Shown here in pieces: positions 9,649-18,326 of a stretch of 64,000 nt of DNA; positions within the stretch are counted from its first letter, which is position 1, and each line of letters opens with the position of its first letter. This DNA comes from Candidatus Gottesmanbacteria bacterium. GTDB lineage: Bacteria > Patescibacteriota > Microgenomatia > UBA10105 > UBA927. Made by a program: the position numbers and the translations under genes. Below the pieces are notes generated by a model. That model saw only the letters and a program-made list of their open reading frames with translations, was not told the origin of the DNA and did no database searches. The stretch spans positions 198,206-262,205 of the forward strand of contig OY970230.1 in the NCBI GenBank assembly GCA_963714095.1, given 5' to 3'.

Positions 9649-10786
9649 ACGCTTCTATCCAAACTCTGTCCTGTTGTTGGGCTATCCTGTCCCACGAATA
9701 TTCTTTTTCTATAAGCGCACGGGCGTTATGTACGATATCCGCACGCTTTTTTGCGTCACGAAGTTTTACTATCGATTCCAAAATTTCATCAGTAGTATCG
9801 GCAACCAAAAAATGTTTTTCTGCTTCTCCCTGCATCCCCGCGATTCCCAAAGAAGAAGCTACAACCGGCAGTCCTGCTGCCATCGCTTCCAATATTTTAT
9901 ATTTTGTCCCGCCCCCGATACGTATAGGAGCCAGCATAATGTCTGCACCGTTGAGTTCATCCTGAATACTGTCTACGCTGCCGGCATAATACGGACCGCG
10001 CGGAGCATATTTACCCACGATACGAAGCTGAGCGTCGGGGTACACTTTGCCAATCGCTGGCCAAATATCATGGATAATGTACTGGGCTGCGTCCCTGTTT
10101 TCCATCCACCGGAAATTCCCGACATATAAAAATTTTGGATTTTTGGACATTATTTTTTTCGGACGGAATGCAAACGCCTTCGTATCTACGCCGTTGGGCA
10201 CGACGGAAACATTGGGCTGCCCTATATACGACCGGTCACTTTCCGACACGGAAATTATCTTTGTTGCCTTTCTCCACACATGCCGTTCCCACAATTTCAT
10301 TTTTATGACATCGCGTAAAAGCAGCGGCCGCAGTACACCGATTTTAAATTTCCTCACATAGGATTCATACACGGTATGTTCAATGTTATGTTCGGCTACA
10401 ACTATAGGAATACGGTGCTCCGTCGGAATCGAGGGCCATACGTATCCCGGCTCGATATGGATACAATCATAGTTACCCATGGAAATCTCATCAGATAAAA
10501 GCGCAAGCATCTCACTGTTATGATAACTTTGCCATAATAACGGGTATGAACCGATCATGGATTTTAATAGATATTTCGGCTGCCACACGCGTCCGCGGTG
10601 TACCGTTGTGACACTTTTACAAAATGACAATTCCGGCAAGTATTTCTTTTCACTTTCTGACCGGATAAACGAATAAAGATGGATCTCGTGTATTCCCGCG
10701 AGGCGTTTCAGTAAATTATATATGCGGATCTGACCTCCGGAGTACAGCGGGTATGGCAATATTGCTGATACGAATAAAATCTTCAT
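9638..10786 (-). CDS. glycosyltransferase family 4 (GT-B)
   Basis: MKILFVSAILPYPLYSGGQIRIYNLLKRL opening and C-terminal GGGTKYKILEAMAAGLPVVAS. Confidence 0.9.
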   Translation of the reverse strand: MKILFVSAILPYPLYSGGQIRIYNLLKRLAGIHEIHLYSFIRSESEKKYLPELSFCKSVTTVHRGRVWQPKYLLKSMIGSYPLLWQSYHNSEMLALLSDEISMGNYDCIHIEPGYVWPSIPTEHRIPIVVAEHNIEHTVYESYVRKFKIGVLRPLLLRDVIKMKLWERHVWRKATKIISVSESDRSYIGQPNVSVVPNGVDTKAFAFRPKKIMSKNPKFLYVGNFRWMENRDAAQYIIHDIWPAIGKVYPDAQLRIVGKYAPRGPYYAGSVDSIQDELNGADIMLAPIRIGGGTKYKILEAMAAGLPVVASSLGIAGMQGEAEKHFLVADTTDEILESIVKLRDAKKRADIVHNARALIEKEYSWDRIAQQQDRVWIEAYEH

Positions 10787-10790
10787 GAAT

Positions 10791-12236
10791 TTACTTTGCC
10801 GCAGCAGGTGTCGCTTCTTTTGGCTTTGTTAAATCAATGATTGCAAATGTATCGTTCCGTACTAATACCGTGTACTTTGCGGCAAGGTCGCGGGTCTCAG
10901 TATCGGCATCGGTTGGTGACACGGTGACGTATGCAGTTGCTCCCATGGCGATTTTCTTATCGATATCAAACCCCTCGGGCCAACCCTGACGCTGGGTCTG
11001 ATACAAAAATGTCGTGTCTCCGTTATATGGCGCTATCACTTTGGCATCTTTCGGAAGTATAGCGTCGGCGGCTTTCCCCGCCGCAACAATTTCAGGATGA
11101 TTAATCCAATAATATGTCCGTATCGTAAACCATGAAAAACCGAGCGCCGCGGCTATACTTAGAATCGCGACGATAATCCCGGGAATTTTCATTCTGAACA
11201 GTGATACGAAGCCTTTCGCGGTATAAATCGCGACAACCGGAAGAATAAGAATTTGATAATAATCATGCTGGACGTTGCCTGTGGCAAAAATAATAAAATA
11301 CAGAAGAGTTCCGACGGCTAACCATCGGAAAATCCATCCTTCTTTTTTATCCGCAGATGACGCCAGGCCTAAACCGAACGGGATAAGCCCCCAGAATCCG
11401 AGGATAAGATCTCCCAAACGGGTCGCAAAAAGCCAGTGAAACCATGCGCCTTTGAAGCGGATACCGTTGCCGTTTAATAACCATGTACTTGCCGGAATGC
11501 CTTCCGGAAATTGAAGTATCCAGCGGCGCCATAATAAAAGTGGGATCACCGAAATAGTGCCGTACAGAAGGTATTTAAAAAATGTTTGTTTCGAAATACC
11601 AGATTGCCTAAAAATAATATACGGGATGGGAATAAGAAGAAATACCGCCATGGGTTTAGACAACAATGCCAATGCGCCTGCAATAGCGCTGACAATGACC
11701 CAGCGAAAATTTTTCCTCCGCCCGACCAGCCACAAACTCAACACGGACCAGAATACCATCTGCGGATCCGGCAGTATGGTTCTGCCGTAGTACATACTGT
11801 ACGGCAGTACAGCAAAAAGAAATGCAGCAAACAAACCGGTAACAGGGTCAATATATTGGGCTACCAATAGTCCTAAGACAACCGTTGTTCCGGCGGATGC
11901 CGCGATCGTCACGATTCGGAGCCACACTTCAATCGGAATCTTCGGAATACTCAATTTGCCCAATACCGCAATAACCTGATAGATCGGGAATTCCACCATC
12001 CGCCAGCCCTGCGGGTTATCTTTACCGGATTGAATGTTCGAGAGGTCATCATATCTCGGGTGTAGTGGGTCTATCCCGAACCGCAAAAAATTCCGGGCAA
12101 CAGCAGCGGTATCGGCCTGGCGCCAACTATGCCAGTCCGCGACCGGATACGTAATATGGTATAACCGCACACCACAAGCCGCCACGCCAATACAAAACAA
12201 AAGGGGAATAAAATATTTAGCGATAAATTTTCCCAT
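10791..12236 (-). CDS. GT-C fold glycosyltransferase, PMT_2/ArnT-like (family 39/83-like)
   Basis: About 12 hydrophobic segments. The first-loop motif DWHSWRQADTAAVARNFLRFG is as seen in PMT_2-type lipid-carrier-dependent transferases. C-terminal soluble tail. Confidence 0.7.
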   Translation of the reverse strand: MGKFIAKYFIPLLFCIGVAACGVRLYHITYPVADWHSWRQADTAAVARNFLRFGIDPLHPRYDDLSNIQSGKDNPQGWRMVEFPIYQVIAVLGKLSIPKIPIEVWLRIVTIAASAGTTVVLGLLVAQYIDPVTGLFAAFLFAVLPYSMYYGRTILPDPQMVFWSVLSLWLVGRRKNFRWVIVSAIAGALALLSKPMAVFLLIPIPYIIFRQSGISKQTFFKYLLYGTISVIPLLLWRRWILQFPEGIPASTWLLNGNGIRFKGAWFHWLFATRLGDLILGFWGLIPFGLGLASSADKKEGWIFRWLAVGTLLYFIIFATGNVQHDYYQILILPVVAIYTAKGFVSLFRMKIPGIIVAILSIAAALGFSWFTIRTYYWINHPEIVAAGKAADAILPKDAKVIAPYNGDTTFLYQTQRQGWPEGFDIDKKIAMGATAYVTVSPTDADTETRDLAAKYTVLVRNDTFAIIDLTKPKEATPAAAK

Positions 12237-12239
12237 ACA

Positions 12240-15233
12240 TTATTTTTCGACTTTCATAAGCTGTTTCAACTGATAGTTTTCGAAAATAAATCTCTCCGCT
12301 GCAAACCCTACTTGTACTGGCGTGCTATATGCGGCTTCAGGCGTTGAAACGTTTGTCGTCGTATACCCATATGCATTCAACCGGAAAATATGCCACAAAG
12401 GATCCGCTAACCCTGTCGGGAAAATCCACGCGCGCCCGTACCTGATTGGCGTATTGATAAATATGAAACTGGTATATTGCCGAAGCGGGAAAAATTGCTT
12501 ACTTAAAGCAAGAAGTGTATTCTGGGAAACGGAACTTGCTTTTTTCCAATCAGTACTCAAACGCCCGATTTCCGACACATTCCATACGATAAGTCCTGCG
12601 ATTGCGGCAACGACAACGAATTTCACGGCGGCCTGCCGTGAGCGTTTCCACCATACAGATATCCCCGTACCCAGTGCCACAATAAAAAATCCGCTCGCGG
12701 CAAACACGTACCGTTCACTCATGTTTCCCAACCCGATAAATGCCAAAAGTGCAACGAAGCCGCATAATGCCCAGAAAAACACTGCGCGGTACGCGGCAAC
12801 GCGGCGCCAAACTTTCCATACGCATGCGGCAACGCCACCGATAAGCAATAACCCAGTCCCCACGGCAATCATGCGATGAATCCGCAGATACTCCCGCAGT
12901 ATTCCCCAGGATTCAATGACGCGGGTTCCGAAAAAGGTTGAGACGACATAGCCGACGGTGTTTCCGATAACGTTAAACGGCAACGTCGAGAGTTTGTAGC
13001 CATAATCTCCTGATGGAGGCACAGCACCCGAAGCAGTCCTGACAATCCAATACAGCGGTATTGCTATCAAAGGTAAGAACGTTGTCCAGTGGCGTTTACC
13101 CAGTATTACCCACGCAACGAGACAGTAAATAAGAGGCGCGACGATCATCCCATCATATGAGAGCATAGCGGACACGAGTAAAAGGAGTGACGCACAATAT
13201 ACTACCCATTTACCCCATGTAGGGCGCCGTCCGTACATCACCAAAAGAACGATACTGCCGAACAAACTGGCTGCAGAAAGTAAACTGCTCTGCCCTGAAA
13301 TCCAAAAAACATTTTCGTTGTGTATGGCAAGTGAAGTAAAGAGCAAGGCAAAAACCAGCGCTACCCAACGTTTGACGTCCGTCAGAACCAGCAGAAGATA
13401 CACAAAATACGCGCTTACGGCCAAAAGCAGGTACGACAAGAAGTGATACCCTTCGGGCTTCAGCCAAAACACCGCATACAGGACAAAATACCAAAACTTC
13501 GGTATCGGACGATAAAAAAATCCCTGGGCATTCGTAAAGTACGAAAGCAAACCCGAGAACGGCGTACTGGCTGCCCACCGCAGCCAGGTAAAATCATCCG
13601 CGACGAAATAGTTAGAAATGGAAGAACCGAAAAGCACAATGGCTGCCAGAAATAAATACATGGCATATGCGATATCATGCGTTAATGCGCGCCACATCAG
13701 TCTCATATAATCCGTAAACCGAAATTCAACCGTCGTAAGGAGTGCAAGCGCGACTCCAAGGAGTAACCATAACGTAAAGGCCACCTTCGACGCTTCAAAC
13801 ACGTCAATAAGAATCCCGTTAAATATTAAACCCGTGAGACCTCCGAATACGCCGACAACAAACGCCTTCTGATATCCGACGAGCGTTTCTTTCCGCCTGA
13901 AAAATATAACATAGGCGGCAAGAAGTATCCCTAAAAACGCAACAGTTCCCAATATGCCGGTTTCACCCAGCATCCTGACATAATCGCCGTCGGATGCCAC
14001 TGATAGCGTCGAATAGCCGCTCCCCAACAGGATATTCCGTTTGAAAGCGGTCATTGCTAGAGGCCACTCCCCCTGCAGACGCGTCGTGATGGAAATGTCA
14101 TAAACGAGCGCCTTCTGGATGAGGAAGCTTCCGGAAACCGTAGCGATTTCTCCCGTTCCGCTTTCGAGACTCACGCTGGTGTAAGAAATCGTCTTTACCT
14201 GGCTCGAAGCCGAAGCAGGCGCCTGCGACGCAGGCAAACCGATATATTCACTTCCTGTCGGCAAATTTTCCACAGCCGGAGATGCAGACTGCTGAACAAC
14301 CGCAGTTGTCCCTTCGAGGGACGCAAGTGTCCCGACCGGTTTACCGGTAGACAAATCCACAATGACGTCATTATATCTGAATGTTTTATAAAACCGATCC
14401 GATGCACCATTAAAAAAATTCAGCAGGAAAAAACTGAAGAGTATAACCGGAATGATAAACCATTTCTTTTTATACCAAAAAAGCATCACGCTTATCGCGA
14501 CAAGATACACGAGAAACGACGTCCGTGATTGTGTGAGAAACAGCATGACGAGCGATCCGACGGACACCATGAAAAATATAATTTTCTGCCACAGTTTATT
14601 GGCCGCAAATACAAACGCGGTAAGAATCGGAACGGTGAAAACGACAAATGCAGCAAGATCATAATGTCCTCCAAAGGTTGAAGGGATGCGCGCCGTAGGC
14701 GGAAGACGAAGCGGTATTCCCTTTGCGAACTGCTCGTTCATCGTCAAAAATGCCGGCCAGCCGAAAAATTTTTCACCAAGTCCGTATACGATAATGCCTA
14801 CTGTTGTTCCCACAAGCGTCCAGATGACCGCCGTAACCAACGACTTCTTCCTGGCAACGACGTCAAATGCTATAAAAAACAGCATCATGTATTCTATCCG
14901 CCGGAGCCAATGCAGCAAAACAAGATGGGGGAAATACCCGACAAGCTTTGGACCGATAAAAATCATGGAAAAGACAGCCGAAATAAGGCCGACGCCCCAA
15001 AAAACAAGAATCGGCCATGTAAGCGGCGTTTTCGGAATATGACGCTGCTGTAGGCGCAGCAGAACATACACACCAACTGCAGCCGCAACAAAAAAATCTT
15101 CCAGGCGTATATAAACAAACGTCCGGATAACATTAATAAGCGGCAACTTCGGATAGAGCGGAATAAACGCCAAAAAAAACAATATCGTCAGTCCGCCGAT
15201 GTTACTGGTTAACCAATGCAAGGCCTTCTTCAT
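12240..15233 (-). CDS. fusion membrane protein: O-antigen ligase/polymerase (Wzy_C) domain plus second GT-C-like polytopic domain
   Basis: Residues ~1-515 carry Wzy_C-like features (FLTQSRTSFLVYLVAI ... LLGSGYSTL ... DYVRMLGETGILG) with a ~100-aa Ser/Ala/Thr-rich loop insertion. Residues ~520-997 form a second multi-TM block opening with YFVADDFTWLRWA. Confidence 0.65.
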   Translation of the reverse strand: MKKALHWLTSNIGGLTILFFLAFIPLYPKLPLINVIRTFVYIRLEDFFVAAAVGVYVLLRLQQRHIPKTPLTWPILVFWGVGLISAVFSMIFIGPKLVGYFPHLVLLHWLRRIEYMMLFFIAFDVVARKKSLVTAVIWTLVGTTVGIIVYGLGEKFFGWPAFLTMNEQFAKGIPLRLPPTARIPSTFGGHYDLAAFVVFTVPILTAFVFAANKLWQKIIFFMVSVGSLVMLFLTQSRTSFLVYLVAISVMLFWYKKKWFIIPVILFSFFLLNFFNGASDRFYKTFRYNDVIVDLSTGKPVGTLASLEGTTAVVQQSASPAVENLPTGSEYIGLPASQAPASASSQVKTISYTSVSLESGTGEIATVSGSFLIQKALVYDISITTRLQGEWPLAMTAFKRNILLGSGYSTLSVASDGDYVRMLGETGILGTVAFLGILLAAYVIFFRRKETLVGYQKAFVVGVFGGLTGLIFNGILIDVFEASKVAFTLWLLLGVALALLTTVEFRFTDYMRLMWRALTHDIAYAMYLFLAAIVLFGSSISNYFVADDFTWLRWAASTPFSGLLSYFTNAQGFFYRPIPKFWYFVLYAVFWLKPEGYHFLSYLLLAVSAYFVYLLLVLTDVKRWVALVFALLFTSLAIHNENVFWISGQSSLLSAASLFGSIVLLVMYGRRPTWGKWVVYCASLLLLVSAMLSYDGMIVAPLIYCLVAWVILGKRHWTTFLPLIAIPLYWIVRTASGAVPPSGDYGYKLSTLPFNVIGNTVGYVVSTFFGTRVIESWGILREYLRIHRMIAVGTGLLLIGGVAACVWKVWRRVAAYRAVFFWALCGFVALLAFIGLGNMSERYVFAASGFFIVALGTGISVWWKRSRQAAVKFVVVAAIAGLIVWNVSEIGRLSTDWKKASSVSQNTLLALSKQFFPLRQYTSFIFINTPIRYGRAWIFPTGLADPLWHIFRLNAYGYTTTNVSTPEAAYSTPVQVGFAAERFIFENYQLKQLMKVEK

Positions 15234-16071
15234 ATATTGTGACCAAATCCTGCTTTCCGAGGATTTTACCGATACTAATTGAAACGGTCGCCTTAACCGT
15301 CAACATAAATTTTAACACAGATACCTCCTGCGGTGTTTTGTGCTTCCGATAAAAATACAGAAGCCCGCGGAATATATTTGCCACTGGCGCCCGCTTATTG
15401 CCGCTGGAAGCGGCACCGGTATGAATAAAGCGCGCGTCAGGAGTAAAAAAGACGGAATATCCTTTTCGAGCCGCACGATAGAGAAATTCTATCTCATCCA
15501 TATACATAAATATCCCCTGATCGAATAACCCCACATCATAAAAAGAGTCCCTAGTGCCGAGTAAACATGCTCCTGACACCCAACCAACACGCCTCGTATG
15601 GTCCGGCGAATACCGGGTTATCGATATCTTATCTCCGCGGCAAAACAACATGAGAAATATATACCAAAGGGAAAACTCGGGCCCGCAGGACGGCTGAAGC
15701 GATCCATCCTCGTTGTAGAGTTTTCCTCCGACGAAAGATTTAGGATGTGCCAGAGCAAATTCATATAATTTTTCAAAAGCACCATTGAGCGCATCGATAT
15801 CGGAATTGAGCATAAGAACATAGGTCCCCTTCGCAATATGAAGACCCATGTTATTGGCGGTACCATAACCTACATTTTCCTTATTGAGTATTTTTATTAC
15901 CTGAGGAAATTGTGTATTCAACATCGCAACAGAACCGTCACGGGACGCATTATCGACAACAATGATTTCATATGTCAACTTGGAATGTTTAAGAGTCTCA
16001 ACGATTGACCGCAGACACCGCCCCGTCAAGTGTTTAGTGTTAAAACTGGGGATAATAATTGATAGATCCAT
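15202..16071 (-). CDS. glycosyltransferase family 2
   Basis: MDLSIIIPSFNTKH...EIIVVDNASRDGS...LMLNSDID. Same 289-aa length and subfamily as 8779..9648. Confidence 0.9.
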   Translation of the reverse strand: MDLSIIIPSFNTKHLTGRCLRSIVETLKHSKLTYEIIVVDNASRDGSVAMLNTQFPQVIKILNKENVGYGTANNMGLHIAKGTYVLMLNSDIDALNGAFEKLYEFALAHPKSFVGGKLYNEDGSLQPSCGPEFSLWYIFLMLFCRGDKISITRYSPDHTRRVGWVSGACLLGTRDSFYDVGLFDQGIFMYMDEIEFLYRAARKGYSVFFTPDARFIHTGAASSGNKRAPVANIFRGLLYFYRKHKTPQEVSVLKFMLTVKATVSISIGKILGKQDLVTIYEEGLALVNQ

Positions 16072-16074
16072 ACG

Positions 16075-16638
16075 TCACTGGAAGAGCCTCGAAAACTTCA
16101 GCGTATAGTGAAGATTTTTCGACCGGTCTCGGATATGGCTAGCCGGGACCCCCCCGACCACTTCGTAGTCTCCCACGTCTTTGGTGACGACTGCCCCGGA
16201 TGCTATGACTGCCCCGCGTCCTACATGGACACCGGGTAAAATCGTAACTCTCGTTCCTATGACTGCATAATCATCGATAACAACCGGCGCCGCGACTTCG
16301 ACAAAATCCGGGCTATCTATATCATGCTCCATGGTGTAAATGCGTACTTCACCGGCAATCGACACATTATTGCCTATTTTTAATGGGTGTCCATTCGATT
16401 TTAGATAGGTAACGAAATTTTTCATCCGGCCGTCTAAAAATGCATCATTACCTATCACGGTATTGTGCCCTATCGCGACACCCGCCGGCTGATTAAACTC
16501 CGCACGCCAGTGAATAGAAGAGTCCTTTCCGATTTTAATCCGGAAGAGTGTCCGGTAAAGAAATAAACGAATCGTATGACTCGGAATATAGCCGGTAAGC
16601 GTACAAAGATATACCCAAAAATCTATGAGTGCCCTCAT
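16075..16638 (-). CDS. hexapeptide-repeat (left-handed beta-helix) O-acetyltransferase
   Basis: Repeats IGHNTVIGNDAFL, IGNNVSIAGEVRI, IDDYAVIGTRVTILPGVHVGRGAVIASGAVV. I moved the start to the ATG at 16638, which forms an ATGA overlap with the stop of 16635..17768. The listed ORF extends to 16695. Confidence 0.85.
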   Translation of the reverse strand: MRALIDFWVYLCTLTGYIPSHTIRLFLYRTLFRIKIGKDSSIHWRAEFNQPAGVAIGHNTVIGNDAFLDGRMKNFVTYLKSNGHPLKIGNNVSIAGEVRIYTMEHDIDSPDFVEVAAPVVIDDYAVIGTRVTILPGVHVGRGAVIASGAVVTKDVGDYEVVGGVPASHIRDRSKNLHYTLKFSRLFQ

Positions 16639-17768
16639 ACTTTGCCTCCCACTTTTTCCAATACCTCCAGTGTCTGTTGTGCCGCTTTTTCCCATGTAAA
16701 TTTTTTCACCTGTGCAAGTCCCGCGTCCACACGCTGCCGCCCTTGTATCAGGTTTCTCTGCCGTACTGCCGTAAGAAGCCCGGCAGCGATACTTTCTGCA
16801 CTACCCGCGTCCACATAAATCCCTGCCCTGCCAGCTATCTCAGGAAGACTGGAAACGTTCGAAACGACTACTGGGCATTTATACGCCATCGCCTCCAGAA
16901 CCGGAAGCCCAAACCCTTCGTACAGGCTCGGGAGAGCAAAACAGAGCGCATGTTTGTAAAAAGACGGAAGTTCACCATCAGGCACAAAATCCAAAAATTT
17001 TACGCTCTGAATGACTCCGAATTTTTTCGGAGCGGCAAGGATATCCTCATACAGCCAACCCTTTTTCCCGATGATGACAAGCTGAAGATCGGAGAACTTC
17101 TGCTTATTGGTTCCGATAAACCGTGCAAACGCCTCGATGAGCTTCACATAATTTTTTCTTGGCTGAATCGTGCCTACAGATAGGATAAAATTCCTGCTCA
17201 TATCGTATTTTTTTGTCAACGTTTCAATTGGAACAGAGGAAGTCGTTTTTTTATCCATAGTGAAACCGGGATACATCACAAAAACCCTATCCCCGGATAC
17301 GTGATATTGCCTAATTATAGCATTTTTGCTGAACTCGCTTATCGTCAGTATCCTTGCCGCATGTGCGACTCCATACCCTGTCCATTGCTTCAGCTGATAC
17401 AGATCCTTCGGTTTAAACATTTCGGGATACAACAGGTACGACAAATCCATAATCGCCATCACCCTGGGAACGCGTACAAAACGGGGTATATAGTGCGTCG
17501 GAGAAAACATAACATCAAGTGCAGGCTCCTCTTTCCGAATCGCCAGAGGCAATCCCACCAACGTCCATAATTTCGACGGTCTGCATACGCGATACTGCCA
17601 GTACCTCGTTTCTTTCGGCATATCATTTTGCGCAGACCCGGGCAAAAACACAGTTACGTTGTGCCCAGCCATGAGCGGATAAAGATGCACAAGAATTTCG
17701 TACGCGTACCGGCCGATACCCACGCGGTTAACGACATTTGCTTCATACCCGTCGATTCCTATATTCAT
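16635..17768 (-). CDS. glycosyltransferase family 4 (GT-B), full length
   Basis: MNIGIDGYEANVVNRVGIGRYAYEIL opening. C-domain FILSVGTIQPRKN and EGFGLPVLEAMAYKCPVVVS. Confidence 0.9.
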   Translation of the reverse strand: MNIGIDGYEANVVNRVGIGRYAYEILVHLYPLMAGHNVTVFLPGSAQNDMPKETRYWQYRVCRPSKLWTLVGLPLAIRKEEPALDVMFSPTHYIPRFVRVPRVMAIMDLSYLLYPEMFKPKDLYQLKQWTGYGVAHAARILTISEFSKNAIIRQYHVSGDRVFVMYPGFTMDKKTTSSVPIETLTKKYDMSRNFILSVGTIQPRKNYVKLIEAFARFIGTNKQKFSDLQLVIIGKKGWLYEDILAAPKKFGVIQSVKFLDFVPDGELPSFYKHALCFALPSLYEGFGLPVLEAMAYKCPVVVSNVSSLPEIAGRAGIYVDAGSAESIAAGLLTAVRQRNLIQGRQRVDAGLAQVKKFTWEKAAQQTLEVLEKVGGKV

Positions 17769-18325
17769 AATGAAAACCCCGGATATATAACGTGGAGTTT
17801 GCTTTCAGGAATGTGCAACAGCTCCATAATGTCTTTTTTTGTCGATTCACTGTCACAAAAAATGGCTGCGCATTCTTTTTTCACCCACCTGAGCCTCCGT
17901 GCATGCGTAGCCACAATACCCATATCCATTTCCTTTAGAAAACGTATCGTCGAAAGATCATGAACGGTTGTCACACCTTTTGCATGGAATAGCGGCGGCT
18001 GCGTCCAATCGCTGCTCCAAAAAACATCCAACGGCCCGGTAAATGTTTCAACAGGCAGAACATGAAAACTGTTCCACATGATGTCCAAGAGTTTCGGCGG
18101 AAGAGGAATCCTCTTTAATTCTACATTTGGATTTATCTTCCTCATTTCCTGAAAAAACTCTTCAAATATATGTTTTTTCCGGAGTGATGCGCCGAATAAA
18201 ACATATGTATTTCCCTTATCAATTTTTAAAAGCGTTTTAACCATGCGCCGGACATAGGCTGCCACTCCGGTGCCCTCGTAGACTATCTGGCTGATATCTA
18301 TTCCGATACGCATATACCCTATCAT
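17765..18325 (-). CDS. glycosyltransferase family 4 N-terminal domain only (truncated paralogue of the downstream gene)
   Basis: MRIGIDISQIVYEGTGVAAYVRRMV opening. Ends ...LHVIYPGFSL-stop, aligning with ...VFVMYPGFTM in 16635..17768. 4-nt overlap with that gene. No C-domain ORF follows. Confidence 0.7.
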   Translation of the reverse strand: MIGYMRIGIDISQIVYEGTGVAAYVRRMVKTLLKIDKGNTYVLFGASLRKKHIFEEFFQEMRKINPNVELKRIPLPPKLLDIMWNSFHVLPVETFTGPLDVFWSSDWTQPPLFHAKGVTTVHDLSTIRFLKEMDMGIVATHARRLRWVKKECAAIFCDSESTKKDIMELLHIPESKLHVIYPGFSL

Positions 18326-18326
18326 C

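Noticed and set aside
12322-12879. Long plus-strand ORFs antisense to well-supported minus-strand genes. Examples are 12322..12879, 9617..10129, 16629..17183, 4621..5067, 5197..5679, 41924..42403, 47264..47704 and 49616..50068.
   Set aside because: Each lies fully inside a gene with clear family motifs on the other strand. Their translations are low-complexity (Arg/Ser/Pro/Cys-rich or Ile/Phe/Lys-rich) with no recognisable domains. This is typical of shadow ORFs.
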